A DNA stretch of 23,936 bases from contig CAZXWN010000001.1 of the NCBI GenBank assembly GCA_964644695.1, positions 554,869 through 578,804 of the forward strand. Direction: 5' to 3'. Position numbers and translations under genes: made by a program. The DNA is from an uncultured bacterium. GTDB lineage: Bacteria > UBP4 > UBA4092. Numbering within the stretch: the first letter of the stretch is position 1; every line of letters starts with the position of its first letter. The notes below the pieces were generated by a model that saw only the letters and a list, made by a program, of their open reading frames with translations, made no database searches and was not told the DNA's origin. This document shows, in pieces, positions 1 through 11,179 of this stretch.

Positions 1-2
1 AA

Positions 3-173
3 ACCGTTCGATACGGCACCAAAGTATTGCATCTACTTACAAACAATGAATTAAAATCATGTGAATCAGGGCAAGCTTATATTGAAGATAGTGAAGGACA
101 TAAAGTAGGTCTTGATGGAATGTTATCGGATGGATATTCGCTTTCCTTAAAATGGATTTCTCCTCCAAAATAA
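3..173 (+). CDS. 3' part of a hypothetical protein (truncated by window edge)
   Basis: Frame open from base 3 to TAA 171-173: TVRYGTKVLHLLTNNELKSCESGQAYIEDSEGHKVGLDGMLSDGYSLSLKWISPPK*. It ends just before the promoter of the HU/IHF gene. Confidence 0.55.
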   Translation, partial: TVRYGTKVLHLLTNNELKSCESGQAYIEDSEGHKVGLDGMLSDGYSLSLKWISPPK

Positions 174-180
174 GGATTGC

Positions 181-209
181 TTGACACTAAATTAAATTCG
201 ATGTAAGTT
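181..209 (+). promoter_or_regulatory. sigma70-type promoter for the HU/IHF-surA-cupredoxin unit
   Basis: TTGACA (181-186), 17-bp spacer, TAAGTT (204-209, TAnnnT); GGAG RBS at 237-240 precedes ATG 248. Confidence 0.65.
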
Positions 210-247
210 ATGTAATATCAATATATCTGATGATCTGGAGTGGGACA

Positions 248-565
248 ATGTCAGTAACTAAAGCAGATATTGCCGAAAAGGTAGCCCAGAATACTGGGGT
301 AACCCGTAGAGATGCTCTTCAGGCTGTAGAAACCTTTCTAAAAACGATTAAAGATGCCCTTAAAAAAGATGATAAGGTATCTATTGTTGGTTTTGGCACA
401 TTTAAAACAAAACCCAAGAATTCCAGAAAGGGTCGTAATCCTCGTTCGGGTGAGTCTATACAAATTCCAAATAAAAGAATTGCCTATTTCAAACCCGGCA
501 AAGAAATGCGTGAACTAGTTAATAACAATATTGAAAAGGCTTTGGTCTCCGAAGATGAAAAATAA
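248..565 (+). CDS. HU/IHF family histone-like DNA-binding protein
   Basis: TKADIAE...GFGTF...RKGRNPRSGESIQIP...FKPGKEMRELVN signature. Start moved to ATG 248 because of GGAG at 237-240. The TKADI and KPGKE.RE motifs look IHF-like. Confidence 0.93.
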   Translation: MSVTKADIAEKVAQNTGVTRRDALQAVETFLKTIKDALKKDDKVSIVGFGTFKTKPKNSRKGRNPRSGESIQIPNKRIAYFKPGKEMRELVNNNIEKALVSEDEK

Positions 566-1472
566 TCATATTATAGTTTTGGCAGCGCTTATCTTATTTT
601 CCATGCTCTCATTTAGCAGAGCAGACATTGTTGATCGAGTCATTGCACGGGTAGGCACTGATATTATTACTCTTAGTGAACTTCAGGAGGTGGCTGGTAA
701 TTCAGAAGATAATATTACCGAAGCCGACCGAATGAAGTCTCTTAGCGCCTTGATTGATAAGATATTGTTAGTTCAGGAAGCTAAGCGACAGAAAATTGAC
801 ATCTTGGATAACATAATTGACCTTCAAGTCGAAAAAGATATTATTGAATTTAAAAAAAGGTTTCCAGATAACGATACATTTAATAAATGGTTAAGCAACA
901 AAGGATTGACTTTAAAAGCCTTAAAATTAATTCGCCGTGATCAAGTTTTCCAAGATGCTATGATTGCTCGTTTGCTTCGTAAGCAAACTCCGGAAATAAC
1001 ACAGTCCGATCTTGATGATTTCAGTAAAGAAAATCCTGTAAAAGTTAAAGAGTTTGATTCACAGAAATACAGAATAAGCCAGATCATTATTGTTTTACCT
1101 GATAATCCAACAGATACAAACATTAGCGCATCAAAAGAGAAAGCATTAAAAGCTTATGAAAGTTTGAAGAATGGTATGTCATGGGAAGAAGCAGTCCAAA
1201 CATATACCGAAGATTCCAGTACAATTGATGAAAATGGTGATATGGGATATGTAGGTGTGGGTGAAACTTTCCCAGAGATTGAAAAAGCAGTAGCATCCTT
1301 AAAGGTGGGACAATTCAGTCAACCCATTCAAACCGAAGCCGGAATTCATATAGTTAAGCTAACTGAGAAAAAATCATTGGCTGATTATCTGTATCGGCAA
1401 AGGATTGAACAATATAGAACAGACCTCATTAAGAAACTCAGAGAAACAACACCAATTATAATCAAGCAATAA
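555..1472 (+). CDS. surA: SurA/PrsA-type periplasmic chaperone / parvulin peptidyl-prolyl isomerase
   Basis: Signal peptide MKNNHIIVLAALILFSMLSFSRA, SurA N-domain start (IVDRVIARVGTDIITLSEL), one parvulin domain (ISQIII...YTED...NGDMGY...FPEIEKA...SQPIQTEAGIHIVKL). ATG 555 overlaps the end of the HU/IHF gene. Confidence 0.85.
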   Translation: MKNNHIIVLAALILFSMLSFSRADIVDRVIARVGTDIITLSELQEVAGNSEDNITEADRMKSLSALIDKILLVQEAKRQKIDILDNIIDLQVEKDIIEFKKRFPDNDTFNKWLSNKGLTLKALKLIRRDQVFQDAMIARLLRKQTPEITQSDLDDFSKENPVKVKEFDSQKYRISQIIIVLPDNPTDTNISASKEKALKAYESLKNGMSWEEAVQTYTEDSSTIDENGDMGYVGVGETFPEIEKAVASLKVGQFSQPIQTEAGIHIVKLTEKKSLADYLYRQRIEQYRTDLIKKLRETTPIIIKQ

Positions 1473-1476
1473 ACAA

Positions 1477-2049
1477 ATGACACTGACATGGGATACCAGA
1501 AGATACTTACTCATCGGATTGATTTGCTTGTTCAATCTGTTTGTTAGTCAATGTATGTCTTTTGAATTCCCAATAACTCAATTATTAACGGCATCCGTTC
1601 AAACTGTTACTATCCATAATGTCGATGGTCAACCTAAGATAAATCCAGCAATTCTTAATATTTTCGTGGGGGACACTGTCTATTGGAAAAACAATTCAGA
1701 TCAAGCGCAATCCTCATCAAATCCTAATTGGGAAAGCAATAAAATCCCTCCAGGGAAAGTATCACAACCCATCGTCTTTTACAGCACGGGAACCTCACAT
1801 TACACATTAAAAAGTAATAAAAAGGTAAAGGGGACTATCATTGTTAATCCCCTCCCCACAAAAGCTCCTATATGGCAATTATTCTCATCCAATATGGGAG
1901 AGGATTGTGTCATGCTGGCGAGTGTTTCAATTGCCTTTTCAGAAGAAGATATGAAGGAATCGTGTTCACTCTTCAAAAAGCATATTATCAATCAACCGAG
2001 TATGCCCAATATAGACGGCCATACTGATAATAAAAGGAAATTGAACTGA
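1477..2049 (+). CDS. Probably exported cupredoxin/plastocyanin-fold protein lacking copper ligands; 3' end uncertain
   Basis: Hydrophobic N-terminus, then VTI...INPAILNIFVGDTVYWKN...WESNKIPPG...F..TGT.HY........GTIIV, the plastocyanin-like pattern. As called, it overlaps convergent panC by 84 bp. Confidence 0.65.
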   Translation: MTLTWDTRRYLLIGLICLFNLFVSQCMSFEFPITQLLTASVQTVTIHNVDGQPKINPAILNIFVGDTVYWKNNSDQAQSSSNPNWESNKIPPGKVSQPIVFYSTGTSHYTLKSNKKVKGTIIVNPLPTKAPIWQLFSSNMGEDCVMLASVSIAFSEEDMKESCSLFKKHIINQPSMPNIDGHTDNKRKLN

Positions 2050-2811
2050 CGTTATAGGTTCCAGATGTTTTATATCTGTAATGGCAATGTAATCAATTTT
2101 ACTTTTTTCTGCTGTATTTATTATCTTTTTCATTCCCTCAAGTATTGAATTCACATCATAGTTCTTTTCATCAATGCAATTCTTAGCAAACATAAGCGAT
2201 TGGTGTAAAACAATTGCTTCCTTTCGTTCTGATTCCGATAAGTAGGTATTCCTTGAACTCTTTGCCAGACCATCATTTTCCCGTATAGTAGGCTCAATAA
2301 TTAGTTTTGTCTGAATATGCAAGTCTTGAATCATACGTTTTAATACAATACATTGTTGGATATCTTTCTGTCCCATATGCATATAGTCAGGATTTACAAG
2401 ATTCATTAGTTTCAATACTACAGTACATACACCCTTAAAATGTCCGGGACGCGATTTACCTTCAAGTTTTGTGCTAAGGGTTTCTGTTATTACATAAGTA
2501 TCAAAACCTTCAGGATATAATTCACTTACGGATGGCAAAAAAACGACATCAACACCTGCTTTTTCTAATAACATGAGATCTCTATCATAATCGCGTGGAT
2601 ATCGTTCAAAATCCTCGTTGGGACCAAATTGAGTAGGATTCACAAAAATAGAGACAACGACAACATCAGAGGTTTCTTTAGCCGCTTTGACCAAGCTAAG
2701 ATGACCTTCATGCAGATACCCCATGGTAGGAACAAATCCAACAGTCCTTTCCTGTTTTTTTTGTCTCTTTACCCAAGATTGTAGATCTGTACACGAAATA
2801 ATTTTTACCAT
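1966..2811 (-). CDS. panC: Pantoate-beta-alanine ligase
   Basis: VPTMGYLHEGH, SIFVNPTQF, SRPGHFKGV, GQKD.QQ, KSSRN and RLIDN motifs; downstream of panB. Confidence 0.97.
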   Translation of the reverse strand: MVKIISCTDLQSWVKRQKKQERTVGFVPTMGYLHEGHLSLVKAAKETSDVVVVSIFVNPTQFGPNEDFERYPRDYDRDLMLLEKAGVDVVFLPSVSELYPEGFDTYVITETLSTKLEGKSRPGHFKGVCTVVLKLMNLVNPDYMHMGQKDIQQCIVLKRMIQDLHIQTKLIIEPTIRENDGLAKSSRNTYLSESERKEAIVLHQSLMFAKNCIDEKNYDVNSILEGMKKIINTAEKSKIDYIAITDIKHLEPITSVQFPFIISMAVYIGHTRLIDNMLFEE

Positions 2812-2828
2812 TATTCAGAATTACCTCA

Positions 2829-3683
2829 TTAATTCTTTTGAATCTTTTTTCTAAACTCTTCTAATTCGTCTAGTGATACTTCAAATCCATTTTCAATTGT
2901 AGGAAAAGTACTTTCATGGACATCGGAAATATACTGTTGCACCGCATTTTTAACAATACTATGAACATCACAATACTGTTTTGAATGTTTTTTGGATGGC
3001 TCTCCGTTATAACCAATAAGATCATTAATAACAAGCACCTGCCCATCACAGTAGGGACCGGAACCAATACCAATCGTAGGTATTGATAATGACTCACTAA
3101 TAAGTTGCGCAATTCGATAGGGGACGAGTTCCAGTACAAGGCCAAAAACTCCAGAATCCTGTAAAGCCTGGGCATCTTCAAATAGTCTCAAAGCTGAGTC
3201 AGAAGTTTTTCCTTGCACTTTATATCCCCCAAGCTGATAAAGAGACTGAGGTGTCAAACCAAGGTGTCCTAAAACAGGTATTCCAGCATCTAAGATTGCC
3301 TTAATGGTTTCAATTCGCTCTCGGCCACCTTCGAGTTTTACAGCATGAGCCCCACCCTCCTGCATGAATCTACCAGCATTTTTAACGGCTTCTTCTGTGG
3401 ATATTTGATAGGATAAAAAAGGCATATCACCCACTACCAGAGAATGTTCAACAGCTCTGGATACAGCTTTAGTGTGATGGAGCATATCATCCATAGTTAC
3501 TTGAAGGGTATTGTTATATCCCAAAACAGCTTGTCCTACAGAATCACCAACCAATATGATATCTACACCTAATTGTGAACATAACTTAGCCATTGGATAA
3601 TCATATGCGGTTAAAACTGTAATTTTATTACCTGATTCTTTACACTGACGGATTGCCTGAGTTGTAATTTGTTTACTCATCAT
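2829..3683 (-). CDS. panB: 3-methyl-2-oxobutanoate hydroxymethyltransferase
   Basis: LTAYD, ILVGDS, GDMPF, VKLEGG, GHLGLTPQ, IGIGSG..CDGQVLV motifs. Confidence 0.97.
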   Translation of the reverse strand: MMSKQITTQAIRQCKESGNKITVLTAYDYPMAKLCSQLGVDIILVGDSVGQAVLGYNNTLQVTMDDMLHHTKAVSRAVEHSLVVGDMPFLSYQISTEEAVKNAGRFMQEGGAHAVKLEGGRERIETIKAILDAGIPVLGHLGLTPQSLYQLGGYKVQGKTSDSALRLFEDAQALQDSGVFGLVLELVPYRIAQLISESLSIPTIGIGSGPYCDGQVLVINDLIGYNGEPSKKHSKQYCDVHSIVKNAVQQYISDVHESTFPTIENGFEVSLDELEEFRKKIQKN

Positions 3684-3727
3684 AGAAACCTTTCAGTATT
3701 TGATTTCACTCTATTACTATTTTATGC

Positions 3728-4219
3728 CTACCAGTCCTCTGGTTTGCAGATAATTTTAGGAGGATAAAAAGATTTTACTAATTCGATGATAGTTTTTTTT
3801 GTTTCAGGATGAATCCATTCAGGACATATTTCCAATATAGGATAGAGAACAAAACTTCTTTCCTCCAAATATGGATGAGGCAAAATAAGATTATCGGTTT
3901 TGAGTAAAACATCTTCGTAACTTAGAATATCTAAATCAATTATTCTTGGCCCCCACTTAATATCCCTACGCCTACCCATCAAATACTCAATATTTAATAA
4001 CTCCGACAAAAGTATGGCGGGATTATAATTTGTATCAAGTAACAATACCGAGTTGTAATAAACTGGTTGATTATGATTACCCCAGGGTTCTGTTTCAATA
4101 ATTGATGAAGTTTTCAAAATAATAGTGCCCGGCAACATAGAAATATGTTGCCGGGCACTAGATAAATTCTCTTTTTTGTCGCCCAGGTTTGACCCTAAGC
4201 CTACAAAAACATGAGCCAT
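3728..4219 (-). CDS. folK: 2-amino-4-hydroxy-6-hydroxymethyldihydropteridine diphosphokinase
   Basis: GLGSNLGD, ETEPWG, WGPRIIDLDIL, LPHP..EERSFVL.P motifs. Confidence 0.96.
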   Translation of the reverse strand: MAHVFVGLGSNLGDKKENLSSARQHISMLPGTIILKTSSIIETEPWGNHNQPVYYNSVLLLDTNYNPAILLSELLNIEYLMGRRRDIKWGPRIIDLDILSYEDVLLKTDNLILPHPYLEERSFVLYPILEICPEWIHPETKKTIIELVKSFYPPKIICKPEDW

Positions 4220-4220
4220 A

Positions 4221-5390
4221 TTACTTTAGACTCATCTTGGATAATCGTTTTACAGCTTCTTTAAGGCGTGAGACATCTGTAGTCACTGTCATCCGGATAT
4301 ATCCTTCACCATATTGACCAAAACCAACACCTGGAGTGGTTACAATACCGGTCTCGCTCAATATTTTTGCTGTAAAGTCCATGGATTTAAACCCTTTTGG
4401 AACTGGAATCCACACATAGAATCCCCCACCAGGATTACACACATTCCAACCAAGGGACTTTAATCCATTTACTAAAACATCGCGGCGCTTCTGATAAATA
4501 TCTCTTAATTTTTGGACACACAACTGATCAGAACTCATTGCAGTTATAGCCGCTTCCTGAATTGCACCAAACTGTCCAGAATCTAAATTATTCTTAATAT
4601 TTCCCAATGCTTGAACTAACTGGCGATTTCCGACAACAAAACCTAACCGCCATCCCGTCATATTATATGTTTTAGAAAGAGAGTGGAATTCAATACCAAC
4701 ATCTTTAGAACCCTTGGCGCTAAAAAAGCTGGGTGGAGCTTCATTGTTGTAGTAAATTTCCGAATACGCCATGTCATGGCAAACAATGATTTTATGTTTT
4801 TTTGCAAATCGGACAACTTCCTCAAAGAACTTGACTGAAGCAACAGCCCCAGTAGGATTATTCGGATAGTTAAGCCACATCATCTTGGCTTTTGCCAAAA
4901 CTTTTTCTGGGATGGCCTTTAAATCGGGGAGAAAATTATTCTCCTTTAATAACGGCATTCGGTAAGTTTTGCCACCAGCGAAAGTTGTTCCAATATGGTA
5001 AACAGGATAACCGGGATCCGGTACCAGGACATAATCACCAGGATTGATAAAAGCAAGAGGGATATGCCCAATTCCTTCCTTGGAACCAATCATTGCCAAG
5101 ACTTCATTTTTGGGATCAAAACTAACACCAAAACGATTTTCGACCCATTTTGCGGCAGCCTGTCGATAAGTTAAAAAACCCTCATATGGAGGATATTGAT
5201 GATAAACAGGGTTTTTGGCTGCTTTACAAAGAGCGTTAATAATATGTTTAGGCGTAGGAAGATCCGGATCTCCAATTCCAAGATTGATAATATCGAGTCC
5301 CTTTTCCTTTGCTTCTTGTTTCATAGCATCAATACGGGCAAACAGATAAGGAGGAATCAACTGAAATCTTCTTGAAGTTTCAAAATTCAT
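4221..5390 (-). CDS. dapL: Class I PLP aminotransferase, LL-diaminopimelate aminotransferase type
   Basis: PPYLFARID...LGIGDPD, GSKEGIGH, PDPGYPVY, NYPNNPTGA, HDMAYSE, SLSKTYNMTGWRLG (PLP Lys), K.NLDSG, PGVGFG..GEGYIR. Confidence 0.85.
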   Translation of the reverse strand: MNFETSRRFQLIPPYLFARIDAMKQEAKEKGLDIINLGIGDPDLPTPKHIINALCKAAKNPVYHQYPPYEGFLTYRQAAAKWVENRFGVSFDPKNEVLAMIGSKEGIGHIPLAFINPGDYVLVPDPGYPVYHIGTTFAGGKTYRMPLLKENNFLPDLKAIPEKVLAKAKMMWLNYPNNPTGAVASVKFFEEVVRFAKKHKIIVCHDMAYSEIYYNNEAPPSFFSAKGSKDVGIEFHSLSKTYNMTGWRLGFVVGNRQLVQALGNIKNNLDSGQFGAIQEAAITAMSSDQLCVQKLRDIYQKRRDVLVNGLKSLGWNVCNPGGGFYVWIPVPKGFKSMDFTAKILSETGIVTTPGVGFGQYGEGYIRMTVTTDVSRLKEAVKRLSKMSLK

Positions 5391-5417
5391 AAGCCATAAC
5401 TCTCCATTGAGTAAAAT

Positions 5418-7794
<2,377 letters not shown>

Positions 7795-7798
<4 letters not shown>

Positions 7799-8802
7799 AG
7801 CCGTCCCTCCAGAATTCTGATAATCTCTTGTGGACTACAGGTAGCAACCCCGACTTTCCCTACAACGATACCTGCCGCATAATTAGCAAGAATTGAGGCC
7901 TCTTTCATTGACCCTCCTGCAGCCATGACACAAGCCATCGTTGCGATGACAGTGTCCCCTGCACCACTTACATCAAAAACTTCGCGGGCCTGGGTTGGGA
8001 TATGTGTAATATCGCCATTCGCCTCAAATAGCGACATCCCTTCTTCTCCCCGAGTGATCAGTAAGGAAGACCCTGTTAATACATCAAGCAATTGCCGTCC
8101 AACCTTCATTAATGACTCTTCATTAGTAACAGGAATGCCAGCAAAAGCACCCGCTTCATGATGATTGGGGGTCAGGATATTCATGCCCCGGAATTGTTTA
8201 GGATAAAAAACCTTGGGGTCAACTAAAACTAACTTCTTTTTATCACTGGTTAATGTCTGGATTTCATCCAAGACATCTTCCTGTATGACTCCCTTGGAAT
8301 AATCCTCAATGATGATGGCATCACAATCATCTATATGGTTTTTAATCTGTTGAACCAAATCAGCTTTCAAGCCTTTAGATAAAGGCTCTAAATCTTCACG
8401 GTCAATTCTAACCACCTGTTGACTATGAGCAACAACGCGGGTTTTGAGTGTAGTCTTACGACCCTTATCTGCCAATACAGCCACAGGATCAGCGCCAGAC
8501 TTTTTTAAAGCATTAATTAACCATTCTCCCATGGCGTCGTCTCCGACAACTCCGGCAACTTTCACCTGTCCCCCGAGAGAACGGATATTATTAACTACAT
8601 TGGCGGCACCTCCAGGTGCCAGAGATTGTTTGGTAACCGAGACCACTGGAACGGGTGCTTCAGGGGATATCCGATTTACCTTACCCCAGATAAACTCATC
8701 GACCATCAAATCCCCAATAACCATGATTCTGATTCCCGAAGTAGCGGCCAAATATTTAGCTGCTTTTTGAGAATCCATTAAGACTGGAGTTGATATACTC
8801 AT
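7795..8802 (-). CDS. rfaE1: D-glycero-beta-D-manno-heptose-7-phosphate kinase (stand-alone HldA/RfaE domain I, PfkB family)
   Basis: GDLMVDEF.WG...RISPEAPVPV, GGAANV, DYSKG, VDPK, TPN..EA, VFDVSGAGDTV, VGKVG. No fused nucleotidyltransferase domain. Confidence 0.94.
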
Positions 8803-9764
8803 GGCTTTTTGCTCCTTGTTGTTTTCTTTTCCAGAATCGCCATGACCGAACTATATAAAAGGGGAATCATTAATTCATGATGTCCAGTGATTGCATATCC
8901 TTTACCACCCGTACGGGTAGGACGAGAGACAACATTCTCTCTTGGACGATAATGTTGAATCATGTCAAAGTTACAGGTCACAAAATTACGAACGGGATAT
9001 CCCAAATTACGGGCAATCGTCAGTGCTTTTAAGAACACCTCAGGTAAAATGACTGCAGAGCCCAGGTTCAGAAGAACTCCACCATCATCCAAATTCGATA
9101 TCTGTTCAACAAACAAATGAAAATCCTTCAAACTGGTTGTTCCCATTACAGCACCATCAACTGCAGGGTGTTGATAAATAGTATCTGTCCCAATAGCTGT
9201 ATGTACCGTAATAGGTAAACCCAGCTGGACTCCATTTGCTAAGACACTCAAAGACCTGTTAGGTAATTTCTTCGATTGAATGGATTTTCCAATTGAATAA
9301 CCCATTCCCCAGCCCTTAGAACAGCCAAATTTCAATGCTGCATGAATAAAGTCACCGGTCTCGTGCACCATACCAAAAGTGCCATCTTCAAGGGATTTTG
9401 CGACATCCTCACTGGTTTGACCAATCATGGCCACTTCTGTGTCATGAATACTGGCGGAACCGTTCATAACCACACCGGTGATAATCCCCCGTTTCATCAA
9501 ATCAATCAATAATGGAGTTACACCACATTTGATAATATGGCCCCCAATCATAACAATCACGGGCTTCTTATGCTCATAAGCATAAACAATGGCCTTTACA
9601 ACAGCCTTAAAATCACCAGCCGCCAAAATATCAGGCAGATTGTTAAACCACTCTGAAAAATTATGGACATTTTTCGGGAGATGAGAAAATTGATTTATTT
9701 GAACTTTATGCACTCGGTCTTTGATGGAATACAAATGCACTTTTTTGGGGTCAATGTCCTTCAT
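8799..9764 (-). CDS. Conserved hypothetical protein, deoxyhypusine-synthase-like fold (resembles the GSU2086 family)
   Basis: LPDILAA, GGHIIKCG, NG...IHD.E, G.TSEDV...L..G.FG, HTAIGTD, NLGSAVILPEVFLKAL, FDMIQHYRP..NVV.RP, GHHELMIPLL. Family recalled from memory; TGA overlaps the rfaE1 ATG. Confidence 0.75.
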   Translation of the reverse strand: MKDIDPKKVHLYSIKDRVHKVQINQFSHLPKNVHNFSEWFNNLPDILAAGDFKAVVKAIVYAYEHKKPVIVMIGGHIIKCGVTPLLIDLMKRGIITGVVMNGSASIHDTEVAMIGQTSEDVAKSLEDGTFGMVHETGDFIHAALKFGCSKGWGMGYSIGKSIQSKKLPNRSLSVLANGVQLGLPITVHTAIGTDTIYQHPAVDGAVMGTTSLKDFHLFVEQISNLDDGGVLLNLGSAVILPEVFLKALTIARNLGYPVRNFVTCNFDMIQHYRPRENVVSRPTRTGGKGYAITGHHELMIPLLYSSVMAILEKKTTRSKKP

Positions 9765-9884
9765 AATATTAATGCAGGAACTTCTCCAGTGTGTAGATTT
9801 GAGAATAAATTGAAATCACTCTCGGACGGGATTCTATCTTATCAGATGACTGCCATAATTTCAAAGATTAATCTATATCCGACT

Positions 9885-9912
9885 ATTATAGTCTGGTACA
9901 AACATCGAACAA
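9885..9912 (-). promoter_or_regulatory. Putative sigma70 promoter for the hypothetical-rfaE1-kdsB-pyrG-dapL-folK-panBC run
   Basis: Minus strand TTGTTC (9912-9907), 16-bp spacer, perfect TATAAT (9890-9885). Confidence 0.5.
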
Positions 9913-9929
9913 GATCGATCTCGTTCGAT
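9904..9929. terminator. 26-bp near-perfect palindrome downstream of glycerate kinase (terminator hairpin or operator)
   Basis: ATCGAACAAGATCGATCTCGTTCGAT, 24/26 symmetric. The mismatch is a G:U pair on the minus-strand RNA, which is followed by GTTTGT; the plus strand is followed by TTTTCTT. Confidence 0.5.
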
Positions 9930-9950
9930 TTTTCTTCGTTCGGAACTGAA

Positions 9951-11099
9951 TTAAATATTGATAATCAATCGGAATATTTCCTCAGTCTGCCTTGTTAATA
10001 GTTGGTTTGATTCTGCGATTGATTCAGTCATACTCATCGGGCCATTCTGAATGGGGAAAAGGGCTGTAAAGCCATCATTATGAAGAGCTTGCCTATTATT
10101 CCCAATAATTCCGGCTAACGCGATGACCTTACAATGATATTTCTGAGCACGGAAAGCAAGTGCTGAAGGAGCCTTCCCGGATCGGGATTGACTATCTATT
10201 TTACCTTCACCAGTAACAACTAACTCATTATTTTTCAATGCTTCATCAATATTTAATTCATTCATAATATAGTCGCTGCCAGATACAAGCTCAGCGTTAA
10301 TAAATGCCATTAAGCCGGCACCCAAACCACCCGCAGCCCCAGCTCCCGGGACTTTAGATAAATTGATACCGAATGTCCTTTGAATTAATTCATTAAAATG
10401 AACAAATCCTTCCTCAAGTTGGGCGAGCATGACAGGTGTAGCACCCTTCTGTGGAGCATATCTAGAAACAGCACCATCTTTACCTAACAGGGGATTTTTC
10501 ACATCACAGGCAACCCTTATTTTCACTTTATTTATTCGTCTATCTAAATTCGAATCATCAATTGACACAATTTGAGTTAAATTTCCCCCACCAAGCCCTA
10601 CGACCTTACCCTTCTTGTCCAGAAACTTTATTCCAAGGGCCATTAAAGCTCCGGTTCCCATGTCCACAGTTGCACTCCCCCCTACACCGACAACGATTTC
10701 AGAAACATTTGAATCCAGGCATTTTTTTATTAACTCTCCGGTTCCATAGGTATGAGCTTTTAAGGGGTTTCTATGATTGATTAGCACTCGAAAGAGACCT
10801 GATGCCTGAGCCATTTCAATAACAGCTGACTTCCCCCGATTTATGATTCCCCATTTTGCGTTAACTACTTCATCCATTGGCCCCATTACAGTCGTTGTCT
10901 TTTGCTTTCCCCCTAACCCTCTGACTAGAACATCCATCGTTCCATCACCCCCATCAGCAATGGGAATCAATGTTGTTTTAATGTCGGGATTAACACGCAA
11001 TATCCCTTTTTGTATAGCTTTAGCAGCTTCATACGCTGTTAAGGATTCCTTGAATGCATTGGGAGCTATTAACACGCGGGGTAATTTTTTATTTTTCAT
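9951..11099 (-). CDS. glxK: Glycerate kinase (GlxK/GarK family)
   Basis: IAPNAFKESL, PIADGGDGT, IEMAQASG, T.GTGELI, GVGGSATVD.G.G, DVKNPLLG, PQKGA, GAGAAGGLG, VTGEGKID.QS..GK.P. Confidence 0.95.
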   Translation of the reverse strand: MKNKKLPRVLIAPNAFKESLTAYEAAKAIQKGILRVNPDIKTTLIPIADGGDGTMDVLVRGLGGKQKTTTVMGPMDEVVNAKWGIINRGKSAVIEMAQASGLFRVLINHRNPLKAHTYGTGELIKKCLDSNVSEIVVGVGGSATVDMGTGALMALGIKFLDKKGKVVGLGGGNLTQIVSIDDSNLDRRINKVKIRVACDVKNPLLGKDGAVSRYAPQKGATPVMLAQLEEGFVHFNELIQRTFGINLSKVPGAGAAGGLGAGLMAFINAELVSGSDYIMNELNIDEALKNNELVVTGEGKIDSQSRSGKAPSALAFRAQKYHCKVIALAGIIGNNRQALHNDGFTALFPIQNGPMSMTESIAESNQLLTRQTEEIFRLIINI

Positions 11100-11179
11100 A
11101 ATCCGTCCTGATATTCAAGTTTATTCATTCAAGGTACAATGAATACATATTTTATTCCAGAAATAAGGTTGAAATCATT

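Noticed and set aside
1872..2027. 51-aa plus-strand ORF with C-x4-C-x2-C (LIQYGRGLCHAGECFNC), reminiscent of an endonuclease III Fe-S loop
   Set aside because: Wrong Cys spacing, fourth Cys missing, no RBS, and it overlaps two other genes.
9906..9927. CGAAC...GTTCG resembling a Gram-positive LexA (Cheo) box
   Set aside because: Spacer is 12 nt rather than 4.
9663..9998. 111-aa plus-strand ORF spanning the intergenic region
   Set aside because: Overlaps genes at both ends, runs through promoter and palindrome elements, and has no recognisable motif.
10781..10807. TTAGCACTC, a perfect left arm of a CIRCE element
   Set aside because: The right arm GAGTGCTAA is absent 9 nt downstream, and the site is inside the glycerate kinase CDS far from clpB.
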